Counted from the stretch's first letter, positions 28,457 to 39,374 are shown. The stretch: DNA of 64,000 bases from Chlamydiales bacterium (GCA_051647685.1 JBOFEG010000021.1:1949-65948), one strand, 5' to 3'. Translations and numbers: made by a program. The notes: a model not told the origin generated them from the letters alone.

Positions 28457-29410
28457 TTGAAAGTTGCAATTATTGGGGCGGGTCTGAGTGGGCTCAGTAT
28501 TGCTTCTTATCTACTTAGGAAGAATAGTGATATTCATATAACAATATATGATCAAGAAGGAATTGGCAATGGCGCCTCACAAGCAGCCAGCTTATTGCAT
28601 CCATATCCCGGAAAAAATGGAAAGCGAAGCCTAGAGGCAGAAATAGCATTAACTACAGTACATGAATTATTCGAGTTTGCACGGCCATTTGCTAATCATC
28701 CATTTTTATCAGTAGGGGTTCTCCGCTCTGCTTATACTCTAGAACAAGAACGAAATTTTATTTCGATGGGAAAACTCTATGGCGATATTAATCTTTATAA
28801 CTCCAAATTGCCTTTTTTCCATATTTCTTCTGGATTTACTGTGAATACAAGAGAGTATTTGCTGTCATTGTGGCGATTTTGCAACTATTATAATGCAACT
28901 TTGGTCCGAGAAAAAATCACTTCTTTAGATAAATTAAATACATTTGATCATATTGTGCTAGCAATGGGAGGTGGTATTTCATCTTTCAGCATGATTCATC
29001 AACATTCTCTTGATTTTGTAAAAGGACAAATTTTATATAGCAATATAAAAAGGATTTGTCATATTCCTATGAGTTGTATCGCTAATGGTTATATAGCACA
29101 AGTGCCGAATGCAGATATTCATTTAGGTTCGACTTATGAACATTATTTTACTCATCATAAGTTTTCCTTGAACACGGCAAAAAAAATTATCCTTGGAAAA
29201 CTAATACCTCGTTTCCCCTGGGTAGAGGAATTATCTATTGAGAGTGGACATGCCGCTATTCGAGTGTGTAACAAGAAAAATTATCTACCGATTTTTGACA
29301 GAATTCGTCCGGGTCTTTGGATGATGACAGCTATGGGTTCGAGAGGACTTCTCTATCATGCAATTATGGGACTTCGAGCTGCAGAGCGAATTTTGAGTGA
29401 ACATGTATGA
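28457..29410 (+). CDS. FAD-dependent oxidoreductase (DAO/glycine-oxidase-like family)
   Basis: TTG start. The N-terminal dinucleotide fold is MKVAIIGAGLSGLSIASYL...YDQ. At 317 aa it is short for the family. Confidence 0.7.
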   Translation: MKVAIIGAGLSGLSIASYLLRKNSDIHITIYDQEGIGNGASQAASLLHPYPGKNGKRSLEAEIALTTVHELFEFARPFANHPFLSVGVLRSAYTLEQERNFISMGKLYGDINLYNSKLPFFHISSGFTVNTREYLLSLWRFCNYYNATLVREKITSLDKLNTFDHIVLAMGGGISSFSMIHQHSLDFVKGQILYSNIKRICHIPMSCIANGYIAQVPNADIHLGSTYEHYFTHHKFSLNTAKKIILGKLIPRFPWVEELSIESGHAAIRVCNKKNYLPIFDRIRPGLWMMTAMGSRGLLYHAIMGLRAAERILSEHV

Positions 29411-30204
29411 ATACTACCGGCAAATTTCTTTTTTTGGGATCTGGCAGTTCTCTCGGCGTTCCAGTTATTGGTTGCTCGTGCAAAGTTTGTTCATCTAAAT
29501 CTCCGTACAATATACGATTACGACCTTCTGGATGTATTTTATGGAAAGGTAAGAAGTTTCTGTTAGATGCATCACCTGACTTTCGCGCTCAAGCTTTGCG
29601 CTATGGAATTAATGAACTTGATGGGGTTTTATTTACACATGCTCACAATGATCATATTGGAGGTATGGATGATTTGCGAATTTACTCTTTAATGTCTCAA
29701 AAGAAAATACCCTGTTTATTATCTGAAGATACCCTCTCTGGGATTCGAAAACGTTACCATTATTTGCTACATGCGGATGCAAAAGATGGAAAAATTACCT
29801 CAAAATTTCATTTTCACACACTGCCTAAAGAGGATGGATCAATTCTATTTGAGGGAATGCATGTACATTATATAAGTTACCATCAGTCTAGTATGAAAGT
29901 GACTGGATTTAGATTTAAAAATTTTGCTTATATAACAGATATACACACCTACAGTCCTCATGTCTTTTCTTTACTGGAGGGTATCAATATACTTGTAATC
30001 AGTGCACCGAGATGGACTAAAACTAAATCCCATCTAACTATTGAAGAGGCAATTGCATTTACAAAGCACTTACATATTGAGAAAACCTATTTCACACATT
30101 TGGCTCATGATTTAGATTATGAGGAGACCAACCGAAAATTGCCGGATGGATTTGAACTTGGGTATGATGGACTTGAACTGACAATAGAAATAGAAGGAGA
30201 GTAA
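29407..30204 (+). CDS. MBL-fold metallo-hydrolase (PhnP-like)
   Basis: THAHNDHIGG (HxHxDH) motif. An N-terminal CSCKVC zinc-ribbon-like insert resembles PhnP-type proteins. There is a 4-nt overlap with the upstream gene. Confidence 0.8.
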   Translation: MNTTGKFLFLGSGSSLGVPVIGCSCKVCSSKSPYNIRLRPSGCILWKGKKFLLDASPDFRAQALRYGINELDGVLFTHAHNDHIGGMDDLRIYSLMSQKKIPCLLSEDTLSGIRKRYHYLLHADAKDGKITSKFHFHTLPKEDGSILFEGMHVHYISYHQSSMKVTGFRFKNFAYITDIHTYSPHVFSLLEGINILVISAPRWTKTKSHLTIEEAIAFTKHLHIEKTYFTHLAHDLDYEETNRKLPDGFELGYDGLELTIEIEGE

Positions 30205-30209
30205 CTTAC

Positions 30210-31511
30210 GTGCACAAAGGAAAAGGGAGAATTCAAGAGAAAAGTGTATTGCAAAAAACTGTCACAGCATTTTTAGTTGGGATTTACTTTGATCCATCTG
30301 ACAAAAAAATATGTGAAGAACACTTAGAGGAATTAAGCGAACTTTCTCGAACATGTGGATTTGAAGTTGTCGGCGCAAAACCTTGTCCATTGAAAAGAGT
30401 TTCATCAGCTACTTATCTAGGAAAGGGGAAAATTAAAGAATTGATATCTGATGTTGAGTCTACAGAAGCGGATCTCATCATTTTTGATGAAGAAATTTCT
30501 CCCAATCAAGAGAGAAATCTAGAGAAGTTATTTAATAGAGTTATCTTAGACCGAACTGGGCTTATTTTAGAAGTATTTGCAAAGAGAGCGCAGACTCGCG
30601 AGGCCAAAATTCAAATCGAACTCGCTAAAAGTAAATATGAACTTCCAAGGCTTAAAAGATTATGGACGCATTTATCTCGACAAAGCGCGAGCGGGGGTGG
30701 AATGTACTTACGTGGAGCTGGAGAAAGGCAAATAGAAATCGATCGAAGACTCGTTAAGAAACGGATTACATCTTTACAGAAAGAACTCACTGAAGTACGT
30801 ATGCGAAGACAATTACAGAGACAAGCCCGTTTACGATCTAAAATATTTACCATAGCCCTTATTGGATATACGAATGCTGGAAAATCTACACTTCTTAATG
30901 CACTAACTCACTCGGAAGTATTTGCTGAAGATAAATTATTTGCCACACTTGATACCACAACTAGAAAGGCAACATTACCAAACCACCAAGAAGTTTTATA
31001 TATCGACACAGTTGGATTTATTCGGAAATTGCCTCACGCTCTTGTGGCTGCATTTAAGAGTACACTTGAGGAAGTTTTATATACCGATTTGTTAATTCAT
31101 TTAATCGATGTGAGTCACCCAATGGCCATTGAACAAGCAGAAACTACTTATGAAGTATTGAAAGAGTTGAAAGCTCTACATCGGCCTATAATTACAGTAT
31201 TAAATAAAATAGACAAGATCACTGACCGAGGAAAGATTCAACGTTTTCGCGTTAAATATCCAAAAACCGTCGGAGTTTCTGCTTTAAAAGGGGAGGGAAT
31301 CGAGGAATTATTAAAATTAATTATAAAAGAAATCCAAAATTTATGTTATACTTGCACGCTTCGAATTTCCCAAAGAGAATATGGGATACTTAGTCGTTTA
31401 ATGCAAGAGGGGGAAATTCTAGAGCAGTATTATGAAGATAACGATATTATTGTAAAAATTACTTTGCCCAAACGAATGCAGGATCAAGTCTCTGCATATA
31501 CAATTCAATAG
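30210..31511 (+). CDS. hflX: GTPase HflX
   Basis: 433 aa with a GTG start preceded by GAAGGAGAG. G1 is GYTNAGKSTLLNAL, G3 is DTVGFI and G4 is NKID. The N-terminal HflX domain is present. Confidence 0.95.
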   Translation: MHKGKGRIQEKSVLQKTVTAFLVGIYFDPSDKKICEEHLEELSELSRTCGFEVVGAKPCPLKRVSSATYLGKGKIKELISDVESTEADLIIFDEEISPNQERNLEKLFNRVILDRTGLILEVFAKRAQTREAKIQIELAKSKYELPRLKRLWTHLSRQSASGGGMYLRGAGERQIEIDRRLVKKRITSLQKELTEVRMRRQLQRQARLRSKIFTIALIGYTNAGKSTLLNALTHSEVFAEDKLFATLDTTTRKATLPNHQEVLYIDTVGFIRKLPHALVAAFKSTLEEVLYTDLLIHLIDVSHPMAIEQAETTYEVLKELKALHRPIITVLNKIDKITDRGKIQRFRVKYPKTVGVSALKGEGIEELLKLIIKEIQNLCYTCTLRISQREYGILSRLMQEGEILEQYYEDNDIIVKITLPKRMQDQVSAYTIQ

Positions 31512-31526
31512 CGATATAATCTAGAT

Positions 31527-32213
31527 ATGATGCATGGATTGCCACTTGAAGATCGACCTCGTGAGAGATTACTTAGAAAAGGGGAAGATGCACTTTCTAT
31601 GTCGGAACTTCTCGCAATTATTATAGGGAACGGTACTCGTGGCAAAAACGCAATTCGACTAGCGGAAGAACTTTTAATTTCTTTTTCTGGGATTACCGGA
31701 CTTCTGGATGCATCTGTTGAGGAAATTACATCTATTAAAGGAATAGGTAGAGCCAAGGCTATTAAAATAAAGGCAGCACTAGCTATTTCAACGCGCATTC
31801 AAAGAGATATGTTTTTTCACTCTCCTAAAATCACTACACCTAAAGATGCTTTTATCCTCTTACAAGGACTATTTTATCAAAAAAAAAAGGAGATCATTGC
31901 AGTACTTCTTCGAGATATCAAAAAAAGAGTAATTCATATAGAAGTAGTTGCTATTGGTTCACTAGTCGAGGTAATATCTCACCCACGTGAAATTTTTTAC
32001 CCTGCAATTCGAAAAAATGCACATAGTATTATTCTCTCACATAATCACCCCAGCGGAGATGTCACCCCATCAAAAGAAGACCTTCTTTTTACAGAAAGAT
32101 TGATTCAATCCGGAAAGATCTTAGGTATTTCACTCGACGACCATTTAATCATTAGTGATAAATCCTTCACTTCTTTCTGGATGAAAAAAATTATTCTTAG
32201 AGAAATTTATTAG
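31527..32213 (+). CDS. radC: RadC-family JAB-domain protein (UPF0758)
   Basis: The N-terminal HhH region is ELLAIIIGNGTRGKNAIRLAEELL. The JAMM motif is HNHPSGDVTPSKEDL. Confidence 0.9.
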   Translation: MMHGLPLEDRPRERLLRKGEDALSMSELLAIIIGNGTRGKNAIRLAEELLISFSGITGLLDASVEEITSIKGIGRAKAIKIKAALAISTRIQRDMFFHSPKITTPKDAFILLQGLFYQKKKEIIAVLLRDIKKRVIHIEVVAIGSLVEVISHPREIFYPAIRKNAHSIILSHNHPSGDVTPSKEDLLFTERLIQSGKILGISLDDHLIISDKSFTSFWMKKIILREIY

Positions 32214-32383
32214 ATACTAATTTAGTAAATAATTTTATTTAATAAATTTATAATTTTTTTTTAATTTTCATAAAAATTCCATTAAAACCTAATTTGAATA
32301 GATTTTAAATTTATCAATTCTATAATCCGGTATTAATAATTTTACTTACATGGTTTTTTAAAATAAAATTTATAAGGATACTT

Positions 32384-33220
32384 ATGATTGATATTACTGG
32401 AACTTATAGAAACGCACGTATTATACCAATGGCTCCAACTCCTTTACATGAAGATCATTTAGAACTAACGCCACAGGGAGGATCTGGGGCTAGTTCACCT
32501 TCTACTTCAACAGATGCATCCACTAGGTCGAGAGCAGAATCTGATAGTAATACTTATATCCAAGAATCAATAAGTTCAGCGTTCCTAGAGCAAGAAGAAG
32601 AATCTCGTGAAAAATGCACAAAAGTATTGACTTTAGAATTAGCTGAGAAATTACATCCCACTACTCTCACGTACACAAAATTAGAAAGAATCTATAAAAT
32701 AGATAAGGTAGCTAGACAAAAGTTTTATCAAGCAGTTCGAAAATCAGGGGCTAAAGGGTTATATTTAGGTACTAAATTAAATCCCAAATATCAAACCAAA
32801 ACCTATTTACTAACCATTGAAGAAGACACTGGGCGATTTTTCTTGGATACACCCTTTGGAAGAAGAACTATTAAAAGTCCAAAAAATGTAATAAAACTAT
32901 TGGATAATTGTTGTATCAGTGAACAAGAGACTATACGCGCAGCTATACAAATAGCATTCTATGTCATAAAAACCATTTTTACTCCACATCGAGTCGATAA
33001 AATAGATCCTTTTATTAGACTGGAGGATTACTTAAATAAAAAATGGCACCGAGTGAAGATAGATCCTCTAAATGAAATAGATGAGCGTTTGGGCGTCCAT
33101 TATAATCCCGTCAAAAATACATCCAGTTCTAAAATATCTGAATATACCAATGCTCCCTTATTTAAAGATTTTCAAATTCAGGACATAGAGAGAACATTGC
33201 GTTATCGACAAAAATCATAA
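32384..33220 (+). CDS. hypothetical protein with Ser/Thr-rich disordered N-terminus
   Basis: 278-aa ORF flanked by an AT-rich upstream region and its own strong terminator. I recognise no motif. Confidence 0.5.
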   Translation: MIDITGTYRNARIIPMAPTPLHEDHLELTPQGGSGASSPSTSTDASTRSRAESDSNTYIQESISSAFLEQEEESREKCTKVLTLELAEKLHPTTLTYTKLERIYKIDKVARQKFYQAVRKSGAKGLYLGTKLNPKYQTKTYLLTIEEDTGRFFLDTPFGRRTIKSPKNVIKLLDNCCISEQETIRAAIQIAFYVIKTIFTPHRVDKIDPFIRLEDYLNKKWHRVKIDPLNEIDERLGVHYNPVKNTSSSKISEYTNAPLFKDFQIQDIERTLRYRQKS

Positions 33221-33236
33221 GACTCATTTGCCATTG

Positions 33237-33268
33237 CCGATTGGAAGTGATTCCAATCGGTTTTATTT
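33237..33268 (+). terminator. rho-independent terminator
   Basis: Perfect 10-bp stem CCGATTGGAA / TTCCAATCGG with loop GTGA, followed by TTTTATTT, 17 nt after the stop of the 32384..33220 ORF. Confidence 0.7.
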
Positions 33269-33376
33269 ACAGGATAAATCAATATTTTTTTTCAACTTTT
33301 TCCTTCGAAATCACTCTTGCAACCTACCAGCTGAATTGGCATAATATGGGGAAATTTCCCCCTTTTTATCATAATT

Positions 33377-34654
33377 ATGAACCAAATAAGTAAAAAATTC
33401 ACTATAGCAACTCTCGGCTGTCGAACAAATCAGTATGAGTCCCAAGCTTATTCTGACCAGTTAAAAAGCCTCGGATTTACACAGTCTGGTCAAAACGAAG
33501 CTGCAGATCTTTGCATTATTAATACATGCACAGTAACAGAAATGGCAGATAAAAAAAGTTTGAGCACTTTGCGCGGGTTAATTCGTCGTAATCCTGGTGC
33601 AAAAATAGTTGTAACTGGGTGTCTCGCTGAAAGAGAGAAAAAACGGCTACAGGATATAGAAGGCGTTTCTATGATTGTGCCCAATAGTGCCAAAGAAAAC
33701 TTACTGGCTCTTGCTCTGGATATCGAGAATTTACCCGAATTTAAAATTAACCAGTTTGAATGTCATACGCGGGCATTTGTAAAAATTCAAGATGGATGTA
33801 ATTCTTACTGTTCCTATTGTATTATTCCCTTTGTGCGAGGGCGATCGCGTTCTAAGACCATTCCAGAAATTGTTAAAGAAGTGGAAGATCTTGTTGGAAA
33901 TGGTTATAAAGAAATAGTTCTAACAGGAATTAATATTGGCGATTTTGATGGGGGAGATCGAAAAAATGGCTGTAGACTGAGTGAGCTTGTCACTATTTTA
34001 GACCAAATAGATGGCTTGGAGCGTATTCGAATCTCATCTATCGATCCGGACGAAGTAGATGATTTATTGTTGAAAGCTGTCGTTAATGGAAAAAAGACCT
34101 GCCATAGCATGCATATTGTATTGCAGGCGGGATCTAACACTATTTTAAAGCGAATGAATCGCAAATATACAAAACAAGACTTTTTACATACTATTCATCG
34201 ATTACAAGATGCCAGTCCGCACTTCACTTTTACAACAGATGTAATCGTAGGATTTCCGGGGGAGAGCGAATCTGACTTTATGGAGACTATACAAATGGTT
34301 GAGGAAGTGCGTTTTGCAAAAGTTCATATTTTCCCATATAGCGCTAGACCAAAGACTCGGTCTTCTAGATTTGTTGATCCCATTCTTCCTCAAGAAATAC
34401 AGAAAAGAAAATCCACCTTGCTTACCGTGGCAAATCGCGTAGCATTTGGTTTGCGAAACGACTTTATTGGAAAAGAACTAGAGGTATTAATCGAATCCGC
34501 GGATAGTCAAAGAACGAGTGGGTATATGCGAGGACATACAGATAATTTTTTAGAAGTCAGCGTGGAGCCGTCTGTAAGTCTTTCTCCAAATACTATCGTA
34601 CGAGTCAAAACTTTTGCTAATGAAGAGGATAGTTTACTTGCGAGGTGTGTGTGA
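33377..34654 (+). CDS. radical-SAM methylthiotransferase, MtaB-like (MiaB family)
   Basis: The N-terminal UPF0004 domain is TLGCRTNQYESQAY...INTCTVT. The radical-SAM cluster is CNSYCSYCIIPFVRG. A C-terminal TRAM-like segment is present. Confidence 0.85.
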   Translation: MNQISKKFTIATLGCRTNQYESQAYSDQLKSLGFTQSGQNEAADLCIINTCTVTEMADKKSLSTLRGLIRRNPGAKIVVTGCLAEREKKRLQDIEGVSMIVPNSAKENLLALALDIENLPEFKINQFECHTRAFVKIQDGCNSYCSYCIIPFVRGRSRSKTIPEIVKEVEDLVGNGYKEIVLTGINIGDFDGGDRKNGCRLSELVTILDQIDGLERIRISSIDPDEVDDLLLKAVVNGKKTCHSMHIVLQAGSNTILKRMNRKYTKQDFLHTIHRLQDASPHFTFTTDVIVGFPGESESDFMETIQMVEEVRFAKVHIFPYSARPKTRSSRFVDPILPQEIQKRKSTLLTVANRVAFGLRNDFIGKELEVLIESADSQRTSGYMRGHTDNFLEVSVEPSVSLSPNTIVRVKTFANEEDSLLARCV

Positions 34655-35727
34655 AAATTACTATTGATTCTCGATTTTCTCCTTTTTCGCATCGAGCGGG
34701 GACACATGCACTCATTCCAAAAACTCAGATAGTTGTAGAAGTATATCCATCGCGCGTTCGTTTCTATTGTTGTAGATCTGTTGATGTGTATGAAATGGAT
34801 ATACAAATTGGAGGTTATGTAGATGGATTTACTATTATACAAGATTTAGAGGGCCAAGTTGTTCGGGTATTTGGTACCTCTGTGAATGGCTATATGTCTT
34901 ATGAATTGCAATTATTTGGTGGATATATTGCTATAGATTTGATTCGATCTCGCAATCCATTGAACATCATTTTTGAAGGAAAAACGCATACACTTCTTCC
35001 AAAGAAGCCGTTGCAATTATTTCCGGTCAGAGAATATATAAACTGCTCTCTCCCAAGACTTGCATTCGGCATTCATAAATCACAAAATATCGATCATATT
35101 GCTCTACGAAAAGATTTAAGAGAAACTCTACCCTTTCTCTATAGAATTGGAAAGCTATCTCCGAAGCATTCCGATCCTATTCAAACTGGCACTACAGGAG
35201 AACTGTTAGAAAAGATACAGGATCGTATACATGCTGGCGATAAAATAGGCACGACCCTTGCGTTGCATGAATTTTTTGTAATTGCTATTCGAGATCTATT
35301 TGTTCCCCAGCTGTTTGATTATCGCTTGCAAGGGTTATTTACTCCTCCAGAAACATCAAAGTTGCATTATGACACAAGCCTTTTGTCTAAAGTATCTGAG
35401 CTGATTGAAAGTTTATTCCTGCAACAACAGGAAAGCTCTATACTGTTTCTCCCTTTGCTTCTACCCATTTTACATGCAGGTAGATTCCTAACAGTACGCA
35501 GTCCATATAATAATTATACATTAGACATGGAGTGGCGTAGTCATAAATTGCGCAAAGTGATTTTCTATTCTCATGACTCGCGAAAATATCATTTCCTATT
35601 ACCAAAGCCACTCCGCACATTTCGCATGAGATCTTCTAAGGCAGATCGTGGAACAGTTTGTTGCACTGGCGATCTTATTTCTGTGAAAAAAGATACTAGT
35701 TATTTTTTTGATCGCTTTCAAATATAA
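34645..35727 (+). CDS. hypothetical protein
   Basis: 360-aa ORF tightly packed between the mtaB-like gene and ligA, overlapping both. No motif recognised. Confidence 0.5.
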   Translation: MCVKITIDSRFSPFSHRAGTHALIPKTQIVVEVYPSRVRFYCCRSVDVYEMDIQIGGYVDGFTIIQDLEGQVVRVFGTSVNGYMSYELQLFGGYIAIDLIRSRNPLNIIFEGKTHTLLPKKPLQLFPVREYINCSLPRLAFGIHKSQNIDHIALRKDLRETLPFLYRIGKLSPKHSDPIQTGTTGELLEKIQDRIHAGDKIGTTLALHEFFVIAIRDLFVPQLFDYRLQGLFTPPETSKLHYDTSLLSKVSELIESLFLQQQESSILFLPLLLPILHAGRFLTVRSPYNNYTLDMEWRSHKLRKVIFYSHDSRKYHFLLPKPLRTFRMRSSKADRGTVCCTGDLISVKKDTSYFFDRFQI

Positions 35728-37768
35728 AATATTATTATCGTATAAATTTCTATTGCACGGGTCAAGCGTGGGACGTAACAATTATGAAGCGAGATCGGCT
35801 TATTTAAAACTTATTCAAGAGATAAATGAGCATAATACGAATTACTTTGTACGCAATACACCGCTCATCACGGACTATGAGTATGATCTCTTAGTTGCAA
35901 AAGCAAGCGAAATTGAAGAAGCTCATCCTGAATGGATCCCAAAAAGTGGATCCCCTATTAGTAAAGTTTCAGAACAGAGACAAAGGGGATTTCAGAGTAT
36001 AGCGCATGCTGTTCCCATGTTATCCTTAACTAATACATATTCTTATGGCGAAATAGAGGAATTTATAACGCGAGTAGAAAAGCTACTCGATAAAACAAAT
36101 CTTGCTTACTGCTGTGAATTAAAAATAGATGGGTGCGCTTTATCTCTCTGTTATATAGATGGCAAGTTTATAAGAGCTGTTACACGTGGAGATGGAAAAA
36201 AAGGAGATGATGTGACCGAAAATGTTCGGGGCATTTCTTCTCTTCCAAAAATTATTCATGGGAAAAATATTCCCCGTTTACTTGAGATTCGAGCAGAGGT
36301 ATATATGACTCGAAAAGAATTTAGAAAAGCAAATCTCGATAAGCAAGAAAGGGGCGAAGCAGTATGGGCAAATCCGAGAAATGCCGCTGCGGGATCATTA
36401 AAATTATTAGATTCGAAAATCTCTAAGAGTCGAAATTTACAAATTTTTTGTTTTGCTATTTGTCAGGGGATTCCTAGTAATCTCAATTCGCAATATCATT
36501 TGCACCGATATTTGCAATCACTCGGATTTCCTACTGTAGCTAAATCTAATGTATCTCTTGCGCATAACCTGAAAGAAATCAAAGAGTACATAGAAGAAAT
36601 CAGTGAAAAGCGTGATACACTTCCTTTTGATATCGATGGAATTGTCATTAAAGTAGATAACTTAGACGATCATGAATATCTGGGAACGACAGAAAAAAGT
36701 CCGCGTGGATCAATTGCTTATAAATTTGCTCCTGAACAAGCAGAAACAATTATTGAGGCTATTACAATACAAATTGGCAGAACAGGCGTACTTACTCCTG
36801 TCGCTGAATTAAGACCTGTTTTTTTATCAGGCAGTCGTGTCGCCCGAGCTACTCTTCATAATGGTGACGAAATTAAACGGAAGGGAATTGGAATTGGAGA
36901 TAGCGTGCTCATTGAAAAAGGTGGGGAGATTATTCCGAAAGTCGTGAGAGTCACCCATAAGAAATCGAAGGCCATTTGGCATATGCCTAGACAATGTCCA
37001 TTTTGTAATAGTATGGTTATTTATAAACAGGGAGAAGTAGCGGCTAGATGTTCCAATTCCCATTGTCAAAAGAAAAATTTCTTAAGGGTATTATTTTTTA
37101 TAAAAAATATGGATATTGATCACATAGGGGCAAAGGTTCTTGAAAAATTGGTCAATACAGGTGCTATCGTTCAAATTACTGATCTCTATAAACTCACCAA
37201 AGAAGACATGAAAAACCTTCCTGGTTTTAAGGAAAAATCAATTAGCAATATTTTGGAAAGTATAGAAAAGTCTAAGGCTACTGAACTCGATCGATTTATT
37301 TTTGCTTTAGGCATTCCTTTTGTCGGACAGCGAACGGCAGAGATTATAGTAGCAAAATTTGGCTCTCTTCTAAATATTGCAACAGCGGATATTGACGAAT
37401 ATCTATCTATTGAAGGGATAGGGGAGAAAGTAGCAAATTCATTATATCAATTTTTTAGAGAGCCACATCACATAGAAGAAATTAATGAATTCATTTCGCT
37501 TGGCGTTCATTGGAAATCTAAATCTCGATCTAAATATTCTCAACACTTATTTACAGACAAAAAATTTGTTCTTACTGGATCTCTTGAACATTATACAAGA
37601 GATCAAGCGACTGAACTCATTAAAGAACGTGGCGGCAAGATCAGCAATTCTGTGAGTAAAAAAACAGATTATATTCTAATTGGAACGAACCCAGGAAGTA
37701 AATTAGATGCTGCTAAAAGATTAGAGATCTACATCCTTACAGAAAAACAATTTGAGAATCTACTATAA
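35708..37768 (+). CDS. ligA: NAD-dependent DNA ligase
   Basis: Adenylation motif CELKIDG, a Zn finger CPFCNS...C..SHC, HhH repeats and a C-terminal BRCT domain (KKFVLTGSL). The real start may be the GTG at 35768. Confidence 0.95.
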   Translation: MIAFKYKILLSYKFLLHGSSVGRNNYEARSAYLKLIQEINEHNTNYFVRNTPLITDYEYDLLVAKASEIEEAHPEWIPKSGSPISKVSEQRQRGFQSIAHAVPMLSLTNTYSYGEIEEFITRVEKLLDKTNLAYCCELKIDGCALSLCYIDGKFIRAVTRGDGKKGDDVTENVRGISSLPKIIHGKNIPRLLEIRAEVYMTRKEFRKANLDKQERGEAVWANPRNAAAGSLKLLDSKISKSRNLQIFCFAICQGIPSNLNSQYHLHRYLQSLGFPTVAKSNVSLAHNLKEIKEYIEEISEKRDTLPFDIDGIVIKVDNLDDHEYLGTTEKSPRGSIAYKFAPEQAETIIEAITIQIGRTGVLTPVAELRPVFLSGSRVARATLHNGDEIKRKGIGIGDSVLIEKGGEIIPKVVRVTHKKSKAIWHMPRQCPFCNSMVIYKQGEVAARCSNSHCQKKNFLRVLFFIKNMDIDHIGAKVLEKLVNTGAIVQITDLYKLTKEDMKNLPGFKEKSISNILESIEKSKATELDRFIFALGIPFVGQRTAEIIVAKFGSLLNIATADIDEYLSIEGIGEKVANSLYQFFREPHHIEEINEFISLGVHWKSKSRSKYSQHLFTDKKFVLTGSLEHYTRDQATELIKERGGKISNSVSKKTDYILIGTNPGSKLDAAKRLEIYILTEKQFENLL

Positions 37769-37778
37769 CCTATAATTA

Positions 37779-39374
37779 TCAAAATTCCCAAACTATCTGT
37801 GCAGATAATCCAGATGTAATTACATGAGTATCGAACTCAGCTCTATAAGATAATTTCAAACTACTGTTTTCTCTATCAGATAGACCTACACTACCTTCTA
37901 AGAAATAGAGACCTGTGTTACCGCTGTAAGTCTCCGTTATAAAATATTTTTTGCGAAGACTATAACCAGCAATTTTAGAATTAAAATTTTTATCACTTAA
38001 CTGACGAGTATTATGCCAGCCGAATTGAAGGGAAGGTGTAATGGAACAACAAGAATGTATGATTTCTTGCTCTAGTTTTAAAGATAGTGACATATTCAAA
38101 TATCTGAAATTCTTGGATGCCGTTTTAAGACTTATATCCTCTCGTTTATTTTCTTTAATGCAACTTTGAAATACATTGACTTGTGTGAAATTAAGTTGTG
38201 GAGTGAAGGTTACATATTCTGTGCTACAAGTGTACCCACCATGTAATGCTGCTGCGAGCTCCCAACTGTGAGGAGTTGAATCCATATGTATATGATCGCC
38301 AAATTGCAGAGTTCGATTTACATTGTGATAGGTATATCCGCCGAGCACCGTGGCGTTACAAAATAAATTTTCATTGTGATAAGTGAGCGAAGGATGTAAA
38401 TAAATATTAAAAGTATTAGCTCTTCCACTTTCACCTTGCCAAGCCGTGTCGCTGCTACAATAAGTTAAACCAGCTCCTGGTGTAAAAGATGTTACGTATT
38501 GAGAAATATTGATAGAGAATCCGACTGCATTGTATTGATAATTTGGCAAAGACTTCTCTTTATCATAATGAGAAATATTATAAAAAGGTGTAACAGTAAA
38601 TGTATTTTTTTTATTAGTTATACAGGTAGGAGTTGGTAAGCTAGTGATATAGTAAATAGTTTGATTCTGAGTTACAGAAAGAGCGCCATAAATTTCTGGC
38701 GTTAATGATGCTAAGGCTTTTTCGTATTCATTGATAGGTAACGTAAACAGATTTTGTAGTAGGTCTACAAATTGTCTATTTTCAAATGGGAAATCATCGG
38801 AGAGTAAATAGTTAGCAACATGTTTTTGATTAGTCGGTAGAGCGTTATTTTCTATAGAAAGAACAATTTGTGGGGTAAGGAGTGTAAAAGTAACTCGTTC
38901 TGTTTCGAAATCGATGATTCCAGCTCTGAGGTTATTAGAAGTTATTTGTGTAAAGGTACCTTTTATAGGACTTGCCTGTATAAAGTCATAAGGATTACTG
39001 CCTGTATATATACCGGGAAGAAAATTGAGCTCGAGTCCACCATCGAGGGAAGCCCTACCCTCTACTTGAAGAATATCAGAAATTCCATTGGGGCTCAATT
39101 TAATATTTAAAGCTCCGTCGGAAGTTTGTGTATAGTTTCCATGAATAATAAGTAAGCCTAAGTTATTAAAACACGGTGTAATTAGACTGTCATTTCTAAC
39201 ATCCTCACTTATAAAATTAATCGCATTGGTTGCATCGCTACCGGAATTGATGTCTGGAATAGCTATACTAACTCTATTATCAGAGTTAGTAGTTAGAGAA
39301 CTAGTTTCAGAATAGATCAATGTATAAGGAAGTAAAAATAAAAGTAACTTTCGATTTAACTTCATGCGCCCCAT
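37779..39374 (-). CDS. Pmp-like autotransporter: signal peptide + PMP middle domain + C-terminal beta-barrel, no long passenger
   Basis: The signal-like N-terminus is MGRMKLNRKLLLFLLPYTLIYS. The middle-domain text is LLIIHGNYTQTSDGALNIKLSPNG...LDGGLELNFLPGIY. The C-terminal ~280 aa alternate in beta-strand fashion and end in a terminal aromatic (IVWEF). The track ORF starts at 39413. Confidence 0.8.
   Translation of the reverse strand: MGRMKLNRKLLLFLLPYTLIYSETSSLTTNSDNRVSIAIPDINSGSDATNAINFISEDVRNDSLITPCFNNLGLLIIHGNYTQTSDGALNIKLSPNGISDILQVEGRASLDGGLELNFLPGIYTGSNPYDFIQASPIKGTFTQITSNNLRAGIIDFETERVTFTLLTPQIVLSIENNALPTNQKHVANYLLSDDFPFENRQFVDLLQNLFTLPINEYEKALASLTPEIYGALSVTQNQTIYYITSLPTPTCITNKKNTFTVTPFYNISHYDKEKSLPNYQYNAVGFSINISQYVTSFTPGAGLTYCSSDTAWQGESGRANTFNIYLHPSLTYHNENLFCNATVLGGYTYHNVNRTLQFGDHIHMDSTPHSWELAAALHGGYTCSTEYVTFTPQLNFTQVNVFQSCIKENKREDISLKTASKNFRYLNMSLSLKLEQEIIHSCCSITPSLQFGWHNTRQLSDKNFNSKIAGYSLRKKYFITETYSGNTGLYFLEGSVGLSDRENSSLKLSYRAEFDTHVITSGLSAQIVWEF

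Noticed and set aside
31505-31798. Minus-strand 97-aa ORF opposite radC
   Set aside because: It is antisense to RadC, whose HhH and JAMM motifs are clear. Its Ser/Ala/Ile-rich text is characteristic of antisense translation.
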